Shown: positions 35,801 to 48,765 of the stretch, piece after piece
Layout of the letters: every line of letters starts with the position of its first letter
Position numbering within the stretch: position 1 is the stretch's first letter
Origin: Cyanophora paradoxa CCMP329
Taxonomy: Eukaryota; Plantae; Glaucophyta
NCBI GenBank assembly: GCA_004431415.1
Contig: QPMI01000239.1
Location: 1-64,000 of the forward strand
Length of the DNA: 64,000 bases
Reading direction: 5' to 3'
Notes under the pieces: generated by a model
Databases searched by the model: none
Seen by the model: the letters and a program-made list of their open reading frames with translations, nothing else
What the model was told of the DNA's origin: nothing
Made by a program: the position numbers and the translations under genes

Positions 35801-38800
35801 CGGACTTTGCGCCCGTCGTCGCCGGTCGCGATGAGGTCGCCCTCGTGCGAGCGCGCGACGGCGTTCACGTCCGACCGGTCCGTCGAGGCGTGCACCCCTG
35901 CGCCCCCGCTGCCCGCTCGAGGCCGCCGCGGGGCTCCGGGAAGGGAGGCGGGGCGCACCCTGGACGGGCCAGCCGACGGGGAGGGTCCACGTCGCCCACT
36001 GCACGTCCCGCAGGCCGGCCGTCGCCGTCACCCGCTCCCCGCGCTCCGCGTCCCCTGCCGCGAGGAGCGAGTCACGGGGCGCGGGCGGGCGGCGCGGGGC
36101 GGGGCGGGGCGGGGCGGACAGAAGAGGAGCTCGTAGCCGGTGGTGACGCCCTGGAGGTAGCGCGAGTCCGCTGACCAGTCCAGTTTCGTCACCGCCCCCG
36201 AGATCCCCTGCGCCCCCGCCCCCGCCCCCGCCCCGTCAGCGCTCCGCGTCGGAGATCGCTCGATTCCCCGAGCGCGCGGGCGCGCCTGCGTCATCTCGTG
36301 GAGCCGCTGCTTGAAGTCGCCCGTCGCGTCGTACACGTCGACGGCCGCCTCGCTCGCAGCCACCGCGAGGCGGCGCCCGTCGGGGCTGAACGCCACGTCG
36401 CGCACCCCGCCCGTCCGCTGCTTCGAGGCGATCGTCGCCACGTCGCGCAGCGTCGCGCCGTCGATGACGAGCACGGAGCCCGAGGCGAGCCCGACCGCGA
36501 GGCGCGCCCCGTCGGGCGAGTAGCAGACGCGCCGCGCGGCGTCGGGCAGCGCGCGGACGCTCTTCAGGCGGCGCGCCGCGAGGTCCCACACGCGCAGCGT
36601 CTTGTCCTCTCCCGCAGTCGCGTACTCCCCCGCCTTCGGGTGCGTCGCTGCGGCGCCCGCCCCCGGCTCGTCAGCAGCCGGCCCCGCAGCGGAGGGGCGG
36701 GCCGGGCGGGGCGGGGGCGGGGCGGACCGAGGCCCCAGAGCTCGCCCTGGTAGTCGGCCTGCTTGCCGGCGTAGGCGTTGCTGGGGGCGTGGCCCTGGAC
36801 GAGGACGCGGGCGGTGCCGTCCTCGGCGACCTCGAGGAGGGCGCCCTGCTTGAGGCCGACGAGGAGGGCCCCCTCCGCCGACCGCGCCACGCTCCGCACG
36901 ACCGGCTGCCCCGCGCCCCCGAAGGAGGCCGCCAGCGCCCGCCCGAAGGCGTCCACCAGCGAGGCCGCCGCCTTCGCCACGTCGATCGTCCGCGTCGCCT
37001 CCAGCGCCCCGCCCCGCACGCCCCAGAGCCGCACCCGCCCGTCCTTGCCGCCCGAGACGAGGAGGCCGCCCTCGCAGTGGAGGGCGAAGGCGGGGCCGGC
37101 GTGCGCCTTGGCGGCGACGTGGGCGACGGTGCCGTCGCGCCAGACGTAGAGGTCGCCGTCGTTGGCGCCCGTGACGGCCCCGGCCTCGCAGAACGCGAGC
37201 GCGAGGAGCGGCTGCAGCTTGGCGCGCCTGCCGAAGACGCCCTTCTTGGGGACGAGCACGGCGCCCTGCATCGCCCACGTCGCGAAGTGCTTGACGCCCA
37301 CGGAGACGACCTCGTGGCTGTTGGGGCGGAACTGGGCGGTGAGGACGCGCTGCGAGCCGCCCCGCCCCGAGGCCGCCTTGCGCAGCTGCCGCCCGTCCCA
37401 GTGCCAGACGGCGATCGTGTTCGCGTCGTCCAGGCCGACGGAGACGAGCAGCTTGCCGTCCGAGGACCAGGCGACGGAGCAGCAGCCGCGCTGGTGCGCG
37501 TCCTTCACGACGGCCCGCTGCTGCATCGTCTCCGCGTCCCACACGTGGAGCTGGTTGCGGGGCCCGACCTGCCCGCTCGCCGCGACGCGCCCCGAGGGGT
37601 GGACGGCGAGGCAGAGGACGTCGTCGTCGTGGCCCGTGTAGTGCCGCTGCGCGTGCGCCGCCGCGTCGTGCACCACGCAGAGGGCGGCGGCGTGGAAGGC
37701 GGCGGCCGGCGCCTGCCCGGGGGCCCGCACGTACGCCACGTTGTGCCGCGTGTCGAAGCCCCGGTACCCGTGCACCCACTCCACCGCCAGCGCGTCCGAG
37801 GGGGCCGGCGGAGCGGCCGCCGGCTGGCGCCAGTTCGAGGGCGCGTGCGAGGCGCCCAGCCAGGGTGCGGCGACGGCGCCGGCCTGCTCCCCCTGGCCCT
37901 CGTCCACCTCGTAGTCGTCCGCGTCGCCGGCCGCCCCGCCGGCCTCGGCCCGGCGGCGGCGCTTGAGGCGCTGCGGGCCGGGAGGTACGCCTGCGCCAGC
38001 TCCGCCTCCACGTCGCTGTCCTCGGGGCCCCCTGCGCGCCCGCCTTCAGCGCGCGCCGGGCCGACGACGCGGCGCGCGCCCGGCGCGCCCGCACCCTCGT
38101 GGGCCTCCTCCTCGCGGTCGGCCTCGTGCAGGGCGGCGGCGGCGGCGGCGGCAGCGGGGCCGGAGGGGAGGGCGGGGGCGAGGAGGCGGGGATCGGGCCC
38201 CGGGAACTTGCGGCGCCACTGGGCGACGGTGAGGTCGGAGCGGCCCACGGAGTAGAGGCGGCGGTCGTCCGCCGACCAGCGGACGTTGGTCACGGGCTCA
38301 GAGTGGGCGCGGAACTCGCGGAAGCCTGGGTTCGCCGCCGCCCCCGGGAAGCTGAAGAGGCGCACCCCGTGCGCCGTGTCCCCCGTCGCGAGCAGGCGCG
38401 CGCAGTGCGAGCGGTCGGCGCAGGTCACCGAGGCCGGGGGCGGCACGGTGTCGGCGATCTCGTCGACGGGCGGGCCGGCGGTGAGGGTCCAGGAGGCCCA
38501 CTCGGCGGCCTGCCCCGCCGCCTCGTCGGCGGGGACGCAGGAGGGGATGCGCCAGAAGCGGCGCGAGTAGACGCCGTCCATCGTCTGCAGCAGCTTCCCG
38601 TCCTGCCGGCGGCGCGCCCCCGTCAGCCCCCCGCCGGCCTCTCGCCGCATCCGTGGGGCGCACCTCGCTCCAGTCGAGCTGGAGGACGTACGACTCGTGG
38701 CCCGAGCACGTGCCCACTGCGCGCGCGGCGGCCCTGAGCGCGGCGCCCCCTCGCCCTCGCGAGGAGGGCGGGGCGGGGCGGGGCGGACCGCGGGCGTAGT

Positions 38801-41731
38801 CCTTGGCGGCCTCGAAGATGGCGACGGTCTGCTCCAGGCTCGCCACCGCCAGCCAGCGCCCATCCGGCGAGTAGCGCACCTGCCGGCCCCCGCGGCGTCA
38901 GGGCCCGGCCGAGCCTCCCGGCAGGGGGGCGCTGCTCGCCTGGAAGATCTCCTGGTCGGCGGTGGCCTTGAAGCGCGCCCGCTCCCGCATCTCGAGGTCG
39001 AGCACGACGACCCTGCCGGCCCCGCGTCGGGGGCGGGGGCGGGGGCGGCGGGGGGCGGCGGGGCGGGGCGGGGCGCGCCCGCCGTCGAAGCAGCCGACGG
39101 CGAGGGAGGAGCCGTCCGGGCTGAAGGCGACGGTCGAGGCCGGCGAGGCGATCGCCTTGAGCGCCAGCGGCGCGTGCTGCCCGCCCCGCCCCGTGAGAGG
39201 CGCGGGGCCGGCGGGGCGGCGGCGGGGCGCGCCTGGGCGGCGTCCCAGAGGCGGACGGTCGCGTCGTCCCCCGCCGTCGCGAAGAGCTCCAGCGACGGGT
39301 GCGCCGCTGCCCCCCGCGCACCCTCGCCCGCTCGCTCCCAGCGCGGCAGCGGAGCGGCGGGGCGGGGCGGCGGGGCGGGGCGGGGCGGACCGAGGCCCCA
39401 GAGCTCGCCCTGGTAGTCGCGGTCCTCGTGGCCGTGCCACTTCTTCGCCGCGGCGTGCCCCTGCACCACGATCGACGTGAAGCGGGCCCAGTTGACGTTG
39501 CCCTTGGCCCCCGCCCCGTCCGCCAGCGCCGCCTCGTAGTCCACCAGCAGCACCTGCCGGGGCGCTGCGGTCAGGCCGGGCCTGGGGCCGGGCAAGGGCT
39601 CGCGGAGCGGGGCGGAGCGGGGGCACCTCGGAGCCGCGGAGGCCGAGAAGGAGCTTGCCGCGCTTGCAGTCCACCGTCTTCACCGCCGCCATCCCGATCG
39701 AGAGCGGCAGGCCCGTGACCCCCTTCATCTCCCGCTGCGCCCCCGTCAGCCGCCGCGCCAGGCAGCGCAGCGCGGGGCGGGGCGCGCCAGCAGGGCGGCG
39801 ACGTCGAGGGTGGAGGCGGGGGCGGCGGGGCTCGCGGGGTCGAAGAAGTGCACCCGCCCGTCCTTCCCCGCGCTCACGATGCCGGACGGGGTCGCCGCGA
39901 GGCCGAAGACGCAGCCCGTGTGGGCGACGGGGACGGGCCCGAGGCAGCGGTTGCCCTTCCAGCGGTAGATCTCCCCGCTCATGTGGCCCGTGTAGACGTC
40001 GCCGCCGTAGACGGCCGCGGAGAGCGGGGAGCGGGGCACGGCGCGGTCCCAGAGGGGCACCGTCCGGCGCAGCTCGGCGCGCGAGGCCTCCCCGGGGGCC
40101 CCCGCGATCTCCCACACGAAGAAGTGGCGGTAGCCGAGGGTGATGAAGCGCGTCTCGCTCTGCGGGGGGGCGCGGGGTCGGGGCGGGGCGGCGGGGGGCG
40201 GGCGGGGGCGGGGCGGGGGCGCCTCGGGGAGGAACTGGACGTCGAAGACGCGGTGGCGGTTGGAGCCGAGGGTCGCCAGCGGCGCCCCCGACTCCCTCCA
40301 GCGCCACACCGCCAGCGAGCGGAACTTGTCGTACCCCACCGAGACCAGCGTCTCCCCGCTCGGGCTGAACGCCAGCGCCGTCACCGCCTTCTCGTGCACC
40401 CCTGCCCCGCCCCGCCGGCCGGCCCTCGGCACGCGAGGGGCCGAGAGGAAGCGGGCGCGGGCGCGCACCGGTGAGGCAGGCCTTCTGCTCGAGGGTGCGG
40501 GCGTCCCAGACGAAGATCTTGGGCTCCTTGCCGCACTGGCCGGAGGCGCCGAACTCGGCGCGGCCGTCCTGGACGGCGAGGCAGAGAACGTCGTCGTCGT
40601 GGCCGGTGAAGAAGCGCTGCGTGCGCCGCTGCGGGCTCAGCAGCACGACGGCCCCCGCCGAGTGGAAGAGCACGTCCCCGTCCGCGTTGAAGAGCACGTT
40701 CTGCGCCGGCCCCGTCGCGCGCGGCCTCGGCGCGCGCGCCGCAAGCCACACCTGGTGGCAGTCGAAGGTCCGGAAGCCGTAGCTGCGCGCGGGGCGGGGC
40801 GCCGCGTGAGGCCCGGGGGGCGGGGCCGCGGGGCGGCGGGGGCGCGGGGGGAGGCGGCGCGCACATCCACTCGAGCTCGAGGGAGTCCTCGGGCTTGCCC
40901 GGGTTCTCCGGGTTGGGCGCAGCCGCCCCATCCGGGTTCCCCGGCGTCGTGCCGGCGCCGGCGTCCCGGGGGTCGGCCTGGCCCGGCGCCCCCTCCGCGC
41001 CGGCCTCCTGCGCCTCCAGGTAGTCGTCCTTCTCGTACCTGCGCCCGCCGGGCGCCCCCGCCCTCGCACCCGCCCTGGGCCCCTGAGGGCGGCGCGGCAG
41101 CCGCGCGCACTTCCGGTTCACTTCCCACTCCACATCGGAGTCGTCCTCGTCCCCTGCGGCGCGCGGGTCAGCCGCTGGCAGCGCTGTCGGGCCCCGGGGC
41201 CGGCATCGATCCCCCCCGTGCTCTGGCGCTTGAAAGTGCGCAGATCTATCGTACGGGACCGCCGCAAGCAGAACCCGGCCCTCGAACGGGAAGCGCGAAG
41301 CTCTGGGGGCGGCCCTGTGGCGCGAGCGGATCCTCCCAGAGGGCTAGCCGCGCACCATCGAAGATAGCTTCCTCGATTGCTTCTGCTGCGATCTCTTGGC
41401 CTATCGCTGTTCCTGTGCGCAGGAGCAGATGCGTCAGCTGGAGCAGGGCCATGGCCCGGCATGGATAGAAAAGCTCGGCTCGGTAAAATACGAGCGTAAA
41501 GACCGTAGTGCGGCGGCTAGACTGCTTTGGGGGTGTTCAGCCGGCGAGAAAGCGGGGCGCGTCAAGGCTGCCGCCGTCCCGGCGACCCGAATGCTAGCTA
41601 AGCAAAGAGAGCTGCTCAAGCAGTGCAGCCGGGCTCGCTCCGGGCCGCCAGCTAAACGTACTCATCCGGGGGCGCCGCGTGCGGCGGATCGTACCTGTGA
41701 ATATGAAGTCCTTGGTGCAAGCGCCTCCCAT
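32832..41731 (-). CDS. Echinoderm microtubule-associated protein-like (EML5/EML6-type, three TAPE domains)
   Basis: Three HELP motifs (LELEW|IYGFRTFDCHQN, LAVEWVHGYRGFDTRHN, LALEAAFGYRGYDCRAN), each followed by WD40 repeats (GHDDDVLCLA, QGH...GELWGL, GHSEHVTNVRW). Start MGGACTK at 41731 is inferred from splice-compatible exons. Confidence 0.9.
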
Positions 41732-42820
41732 CTCGAACGCGCGGCGGCCGGCCGCAGCTCGCCAAGAAGAAGATGTCCACAGGTATCGCCCCCGAAGACA
41801 GCACAGCCCCAGCTAGCTCTTGCGTTGTCCGCAGCTGGTTTGCCTGTGTTGTCAATGCCCAGCTCGGCAAGCGCACGCGTTGTTGTCCAACTAAGCCTAC
41901 TAAGGGGGCAAGGGGGTAGAGGCCTGCTCAGTCATAAACGTTATACCCTCGTCATACTTCGTTCGCGAGCGCAGCGAATTCATTCATGATCACTGATCGA
42001 GAGTCTGTAGAGTCGACGTCAGTCATCGATTTTCGGATCGATCGAATTCGAAGCTTAAGTGCCGGCCCGGCTGGTACGGAGCGCGCACTGCACTGCAGCG
42101 CTAGCTAGCGCTGCAGCCGCGGCGGCGCGCTCATGATCAGCGCGCCGCGGCGCGGCTGATCATATCATCGGATCATGAACACTAGCTATATAGAATCGCG
42201 CTTTAAGAGTGCTCGAGCTCGCGCGCCGAGTCGAGCGCTAGCCTCGGAGCTCCCGGCCCAGCCTGGCAGCTGGATGCATGTGCGGGTTCCGGGGAATTCC
42301 GGGAAAATCGATGTTCAGTCTTACACTGTGATAGTACAATGTACGGGCATGCACATATACTAGGCTGGCCATGGTCTGCAGCTGATCATGATCATGCCAT
42401 GATGGAGCTTGAAGTACACAGGCCAGGCCCTAGGGTCGCCACGGTATCAATGCAACTCAGTGACTCGCGATCATCGGATCGGAAATCGAAAGTAAAAAAG
42501 GCCCTATATATACATACATGTACAGCTAAAGCTAGGACTAAATATATAACTGTAGGTCCGAAAGTCTGGAAACTTGAAATTCGCAGGCATCAATATCCGA
42601 AAACGCGGAAATGCATGCACGACGAAAGCGGGTGCATCACAAGGAAAGCACAAACCGCACGCAAAGCCCTGAAGAGGTCTAGGGCGCGGCGGGTAGACAC
42701 CGTGGCACTATACTCGGACATATATCGAGCTGGGTGTCGATGTCGATGCGATCGATGGCGACGCCGTACGTAATGTTGAAAATCAAAATCGAACGTTGCC
42801 CTGCACGGGCCTCTCGAGAA

Positions 42821-45800
42821 TCAGAGCGGGTTCTCGAGATCTAGACCAGGTGCCGGCGCCGCGCCGACGCCGCGGGAGCTGCGGCGCGAGGGCAGATTCT
42901 GGCCGTGCACGTGGACATGGGCATGGGCATGGGGGGCGACCGCGGCGCCCGGGGGAGGGCCGAAGCCGGCGTGGGCGCCCGGGAGAGCGCCGAAGGCGGC
43001 CGGGGCGCCAGGGACGCTGAAGCCGACGGGAGCGGCGGCGGGGGCGGGGGCTGGGCCGGGGGAGCTGGAGGCGGCCAGAGCGTGGCGGGTGCGGAGGATG
43101 GCGTCACGGAGGGCGCGCAGACGGGGCGTCGAGGGGGGGAAGTACTGCGGGAGGGCCCCGTACCGCGCCGCCGCGTCCTGCGCGCGGGAGAGGCGCGTGA
43201 GGCGGGCTGGCGGCGGGGGCCGGGGGGGCGGGGGGCGGGGGGCGGGGCGGGGACCTCGTAGGCGGCGAGGGCGCGGGCGGGGTGGCCGCAAAGGGCGAAG
43301 ACGTCGCCGGCGAGGCAGAGCAGGTGGGCGTGCAGGGGCGTCCCCGCCTCGTACCGCTCCACGATCCCCAGCGACGCCCGCATGATCCGCGCCAGCCCCT
43401 CCGCCGTCATCCGCCGGTACCCGACCGGCTGCTGCCCCGCCACGAAGACGTGCACGGCGTAGACGCGCATCGCGTGGTAGCCGTCCCACTCGGGCGCCGA
43501 GGGGTCGCCCAGGTGCAGGGCCCCCTCGATGGTGCGCCGCCCCGAGAGGACGGGCAGCGCGGCGCGCACATCCCACGAGGCCGTCAGCGTCGCCAGCAGG
43601 CTCTGCCCGATCGCGACGCCTGAGCGAGAGCGAGGAGGCGGCGCCCGCAGCGGGCGCACGACGTGGACGCGACTGGAGTAGAGGCGGTACTCCGGGGGCA
43701 GGTGGGCGAGGCCGGCGAGGGAGGCCTCGAGCAGCTCCTTCGCCCGCCGCGTCTGCCCCGCCCCGTGCGCGACGATACCCATAGTGTGCAGCACGAGCGC
43801 CCGCTGCCGCCCCCGCCCCGGCGCCCGTCAGGGGGCCGGGGCGGCTCGGGTCGGCGGGGCGGGGGCCGGGGGCGGACGTGGGCGGCGTCCTCGTCGTCGT
43901 CGCCGCCCTCGACCCAGTAGAGCTTGCCGGCAAGGTGGGCGGCGAGGTCGGCCCGCCCGGGCACCCGGCTGAGCACGTCGACGAGCTCCCGCAGCACGCG
44001 CGACTCCGCCCGCGACGGCGAGTGGCCCCCACGCAGCAGCGCCGCCCACGCCTCGAACTGCCCCCCGCCGAGTCGGCCGCCCCGAAAGGAGGGGAAAGGA
44101 GGGAAGAGGGCGGGGGCACGTAGAGCTCGAGGGCGGTGGGGGCCTCGTCGTAGTGGAAGTGCTCGCGGGCGCGGGCGGCGAGGGCGCGGGCGCGGAGCTC
44201 GGGGTCGCCCCCCGCGGGGCCGGCGTGGGCGCGCAGGGCGAGGTCGGCGCGGTCGAGGAGGACGAAGAGGAAGGGGCGGTCCACGGCGAAGAGGTCGGGC
44301 GCCGCGAGCGAGAGCGGGCCCGTCACCACTGCGATGAGGTCCCACGCCGCCTCCGCCACCAGCAGCGCCCCCTCCCTGCCCCCCGCTCCACCCTCAGAGC
44401 CCCGCCCGCCCCGCCGCCCCCCGCCGCCGCCGGCCGGCGCCTCGGGGTCGCACCGATAGGCGCAGAGGGCCTCGTCGGGGCGGACGTGCGCGTGCCAGCG
44501 GTGCAGCACGCCGAGCGTCTGCAGCCGCCAGCCTCAGCGCGGCGAGGCGGGGCCGGGACGGGCCGGCAGGGGCGGGGGCGGGGGCGGGGCCGGTGCGGGG
44601 CGGGGCCGGTGCGGGGCGGGGGCGGGGCGGTGCGGGGCGGACGAGGTCGGCGGAGCCGGAGAGGCGGAGGTCGGCGAGCATCTGGCGCAGGCGGAAGCGG
44701 CCCCCGAAGCTCCTGAAGAGCGCCGTGTCGAACAGCTGCGGGCCCTCCAGCGCCTGACCCCGCCCCGCCCCCCTCAGCCGCCGCCAGCGCCCGAGCGCCG
44801 CCACGGCCGGCCGCCGGCCGGGGCGATCTGCAGTGCGCGCACCGCGGCGAGACGGGTGCAGGCATCCTGAAGGGCAGGCGAGGCAGCGGTGCGGGGAGTG
44901 GTGAAGTCGGCCGCTCCGGCGGCGGGGTGGACGTGGGAGCTGGGGCGGCCGCGGCCCCGTGGCAGCCGCTCGCGCTCGTAGGAAGGGTGCGCGATGCCGC
45001 ACTGCGCGGCGACGCGGCGCACGTGCTGCAGGGCGGCCTCGACACGCCGCACGGCCGCTGCCCTCTCCGCCTCGCTGGCGTGGCGAAACGGCAGCGCCGG
45101 CGGGCCGCTCCCGGTGGCGAATGCAACGGGGACGGCCGCCCAGGAGTGCGAGGCCGCAGTCTGCTGAGGCGCGTTGCCGTACGCAAAGGCGCGCCCGGGG
45201 GCCCCGGGAAGGGGCGCCGGCGCTGGCGGGCCGGGGCCCGAGAACTCGAAGCCTCGCGGGCTCCCCCCGCCGATGGAAGAGTGCACTGGCGTTGCGGCTG
45301 CCTGGCCGCCCCAGAAGACCTCGCCGGGCCGCTCCTGCGCGCGGGTCGAGGGGCGCTGAGCGCGGGGAGAAAGCGCAGGCGGGCCCCGGGTGCGCGCGAT
45401 CGGCTCGACTCGCCCCGCCCCCTTGGATTTCACTTCGCTTCTTTTTGCGGGGGGCGGGGGGGCGGGGCGCACGCCGACGAGGCTCTCCAGGCGCTGCACG
45501 GTCTCGTCGAAGGCGTACGTGCACAGCGCCGTCCCAGCCGCCCCGCCCCCGCCCCCGGCCCCGGCCCCGGCGGCGGCGGCGGCGGCGGCGGCCATGTACA
45601 TCTGCGCCGCCAGCTGCACGGCCGAGGAGGAGCCGGAGGGCGAGGGAGGCTGCTCGTCGATCCCGAGCATGTCCACGGCGTGCAGCAGCAGCTCCACGTT
45701 GTAGGGCGTGCTCGCCTGCCGCCGCCCCGGCCCCGCTCACCCGCCGCCCCGCGGGGCCCGCCCGCACCGGTCGAGTGCACGCGCACCTTCTCGGGGTCCG

Positions 45801-46809
45801 TGTGGAAGGCCTGCACGACGTCGGGGAAGTCTGCGCGCGGGGCCGCCGCCCTCTGGCCCGCCCCGGGCTCCCTCTCGGGCTCCCGGAGGGTCCCCGTGGG
45901 GGAGACGCTCGGGCTGCTGCCCGCCCCCGGCGACGCGCCCTCCGCGCTCTCCGCCCCCGCCCTCGGCCTGCGGGCCTTGAGCGTGCCGCCGCCCCCGCTG
46001 CGTGCCGGCGCCGCCCCGCCCTCCCCCGCCGGCTCCGTCTTGATCTTGGCGGCGGCCGCCTCCAGCGAGCGCCGCCGCTTGAAGAGCGAGGCGCGGGACG
46101 AGGCCGGGCGCTTGGGGGGCGGGCCGAGCCCCGTCCGGCAGTGGATGCGCCACACGACCTGCTCCCCGCTGGCGACCGCGTGGGCGGAGCCGGGCTCCTG
46201 CGGCGGCGGGGGCGGCGGGGCGCCCTCGACGAGGAGAAGGAAGGGGCGGCCCTGGTGCCGTGCGGTGTCGGCGAAGATGCCGAAGGCGGGGGCGGTGAGG
46301 CCGCGGGGGTCGACCTCGAGCAGAGCCTGCTCGGCCGGCTCGCCCGGGCGGTCCTCGCCGGTGGCGAAGAGCAGCAGGGGCGCCGGCTCCTGCTTGCCCA
46401 CCGTGCACACCGCCGAGAGGTCGTCCCCGTAGAGCAGGCGCACCCCGAGCGCCGCGCCGGCCCACGCCGCCCGCTGCGCCCCGTCCCTCGTCCGCAGCGC
46501 CAGCCGATACGGCCGCATCAGCTCTGCGCCGCAGCCGGACCGGCGTGCGTGCGCGTTAGACCGCGGTTGCGGATCCTAAGAGCATGCAGCTGCAAAATAG
46601 ATCAAGGTCTGCGCACCGAGGCGGTAGACGACGGGGCCGCCCTCGTCGTCGCTTCCGTCCGCGACGGCCGCCGCGGTGTTGTAGCTGTACTGTGCGTCCC
46701 CCTTGCGAGGGAGCCCTGCCGCCGCCCGGTCCGAGAAGACGATCTCCAGCTCGGGCGCAGGCCGCCGCGGGGCCGCCGCCGCCGCCGGCTTTGGGCCTCC
46801 CTTGCCCAT
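42821..46809 (-). CDS. Hypothetical protein; putative transcription factor (beta-sandwich DNA-binding-like N-terminus, NLS, helical/TPR-like C-terminus)
   Basis: Spliceable coding exons from MGKGGPK to ...LDLENPL-stop. Segment FGIFADTARHQGRPFLLLVE followed by basic PPKRP...FKRRR. TPR-like LHTMGIVAHGAGQTRRAKELLEASL. Confidence 0.55.
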
Positions 46810-47869
46810 CCCCGCACCGGTATATACGTACCGGTACCGGCTGCAGTTGAAAGCTCAAGCGGCTAGCAGGTCACCGGGCCGGCCGCATATATATATAACT
46901 GCTCGAGGCTGCGCGGAGGCGCGCGCTGCAGTGCGACAGGTGCAGGGGTTCGAATATTAATTCGCCTGCAATTGCAGCCGCTTCCGGCGGGCATACCACT
47001 TCCGCCTGGATGACAGACTGGCTTTTGAACGCTGCTGTGCGCTGGCGACCGCAATTGCAAGGAAACGCCGGTCTAGAAAACGTCTGCTGCTGGCTGCTGG
47101 CGTCAAGATCGTGCTGGATAAGGCCGGCCCGGCCGGCAGCTTTTCAGCAAGCAGTACGTGTACGAGATGCAGAAGAGATGCGACACGCTGCAGCCTGCAC
47201 TGGCCCTGCAGGCCTAAGGCCTTGTCGCCGAGTCGGTTGCCGAGCCTTCCGGAGTCCGAGAGCGTCGAAGAGGTTTAGCGCTAGCGCTAGCTTTCGAGAC
47301 CGAGTCGGCTTTCCGAACAAACTGGCGGGCCGCTCTACTAGAGTCTAGATCTACCGCGGCGGTGGACGCGTCTCACGCGCGCGCGCGCCTTGCCAGATCT
47401 AGATCTAGAGCGAAGATTGCGGCGAGCTGGATGCATGCGATGCTTTCGTTCCGTACCCCCTTCGTGCTCCCCCGAACGAAATGATGTCTACCCCTGCCAA
47501 CCGCACTGAACGTGGCGTCACAGAGGTGCAGGCGCTGCCCAATCGGAAGGGGGCGGGGGGGGGGGCGGGCCAGGAGGGGCGGGACGGAAGGGGGGGGGGA
47601 AGGGCGGGGGGGTGGGGGTGTGAGCGCTATCCATACCATGCCTATGCATTTTTCAAGAGGCAGCGACCTTAGCCAAGACACGGCCAAGAAGGGCGCCCTG
47701 CCGCATGCGTAGTGCAGCATGCGGGAGCTGATCATGAGCAGCGCGCGCTGAGGGAGCTGACCTGAGTAAGCCGAGGGCGCGTGCGGGCGACCGCCGCAGC
47801 GCGCGTGAACCAGGCGCGCGATCCGAGCGTGGACCCAAAGTTGAACAGCTTGTCATACCAGACCCCAAG

Positions 47870-48765
47870 ATGTTCTTAGATCAGCATCTGGGCTTTGACG
47901 GCGCCGGGCCCGGGCGTGGAAGGCCTACGTTTCTCGACGGCGGGGCTGCAGCGCGGTTTTTACCCTTCACCGCCCGCGATGCGGTTCGTTCGCGTTTGAC
48001 AATCCGGAGCGGGCACTGTTAAGCGTGCACTCAGGACTTGGCGGCCTGCCTACGCGCGCCTGGGCTCGGCGCCCCCGTCGCGCACGCCCCCGCGGTGTTC
48101 TCCGAGGACGACATGCTGCAGAACTGGCTCGTGTTCTCCGCGCTGCAGTACGGTGGCCTCGGGGCGCAGTTCGAGGCTTCGGACTCGAAGGCGGAGCTCG
48201 AGGCCGCGGGGCCGGGGAGCCGGGCGGCGACGCCGGCGCAGTGGCGCAGCAGCGTGGCGCGCTCGCAGTCGAGCCCGGAGCTGCTGGACCTCGCCGTGCT
48301 GCCGCCGGCCTCGCGCCTCGGGGAGCGGCGAGCCCTCTCCTCCCAATCCCTCTCCTCCCTCGCCTCCGCCTCCAGCGCGGGGCGCCCGGCCCCGCTTCAG
48401 GGCCCCGACGCCCCGCAGCCCGAGGGCCGCACCCGCGAGGAGGGTACGCCCCCTGTCCCCCGCGCCCCTTCGACGCCCCGCCCCTCTTTTCCGAAGCTGA
48501 CCGGCGCGCAGCGCTGCAGCGGTACCGCCTAAAGAGGCTGCGCCGCCTCGCGGGGCTGGCGCAGCCGGCGCGGTACGCGGTGCGCAAGCGGCACGCCGAC
48601 TCGGCGCCGCGCATCAAGGGCCGCTTCTGCTCCAAGGCCGAGCTCGCGGGGGCCGGCGCCGCCGCCGGCGCCGCCTCGCGCTCCGCCACGCCGGAGCTGC
48701 GGGGGGTGCCGCCGCCCCCGCCCCCCGTCGAGTTCGACGCCTCGCTCCTGCCCCCGGTCGACTAG
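47870..48765 (+). CDS. CCT-domain protein (CONSTANS/CO-like/TOC1 motif only), 3 exons
   Basis: C-terminal RRAALQRYRLKRLRR...RYAVRKRHADSAPRIKGRF. Exons MFLDQH...RDA|DLAACL...REE|ADRR join in frame through GT-AG introns. Confidence 0.88.
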
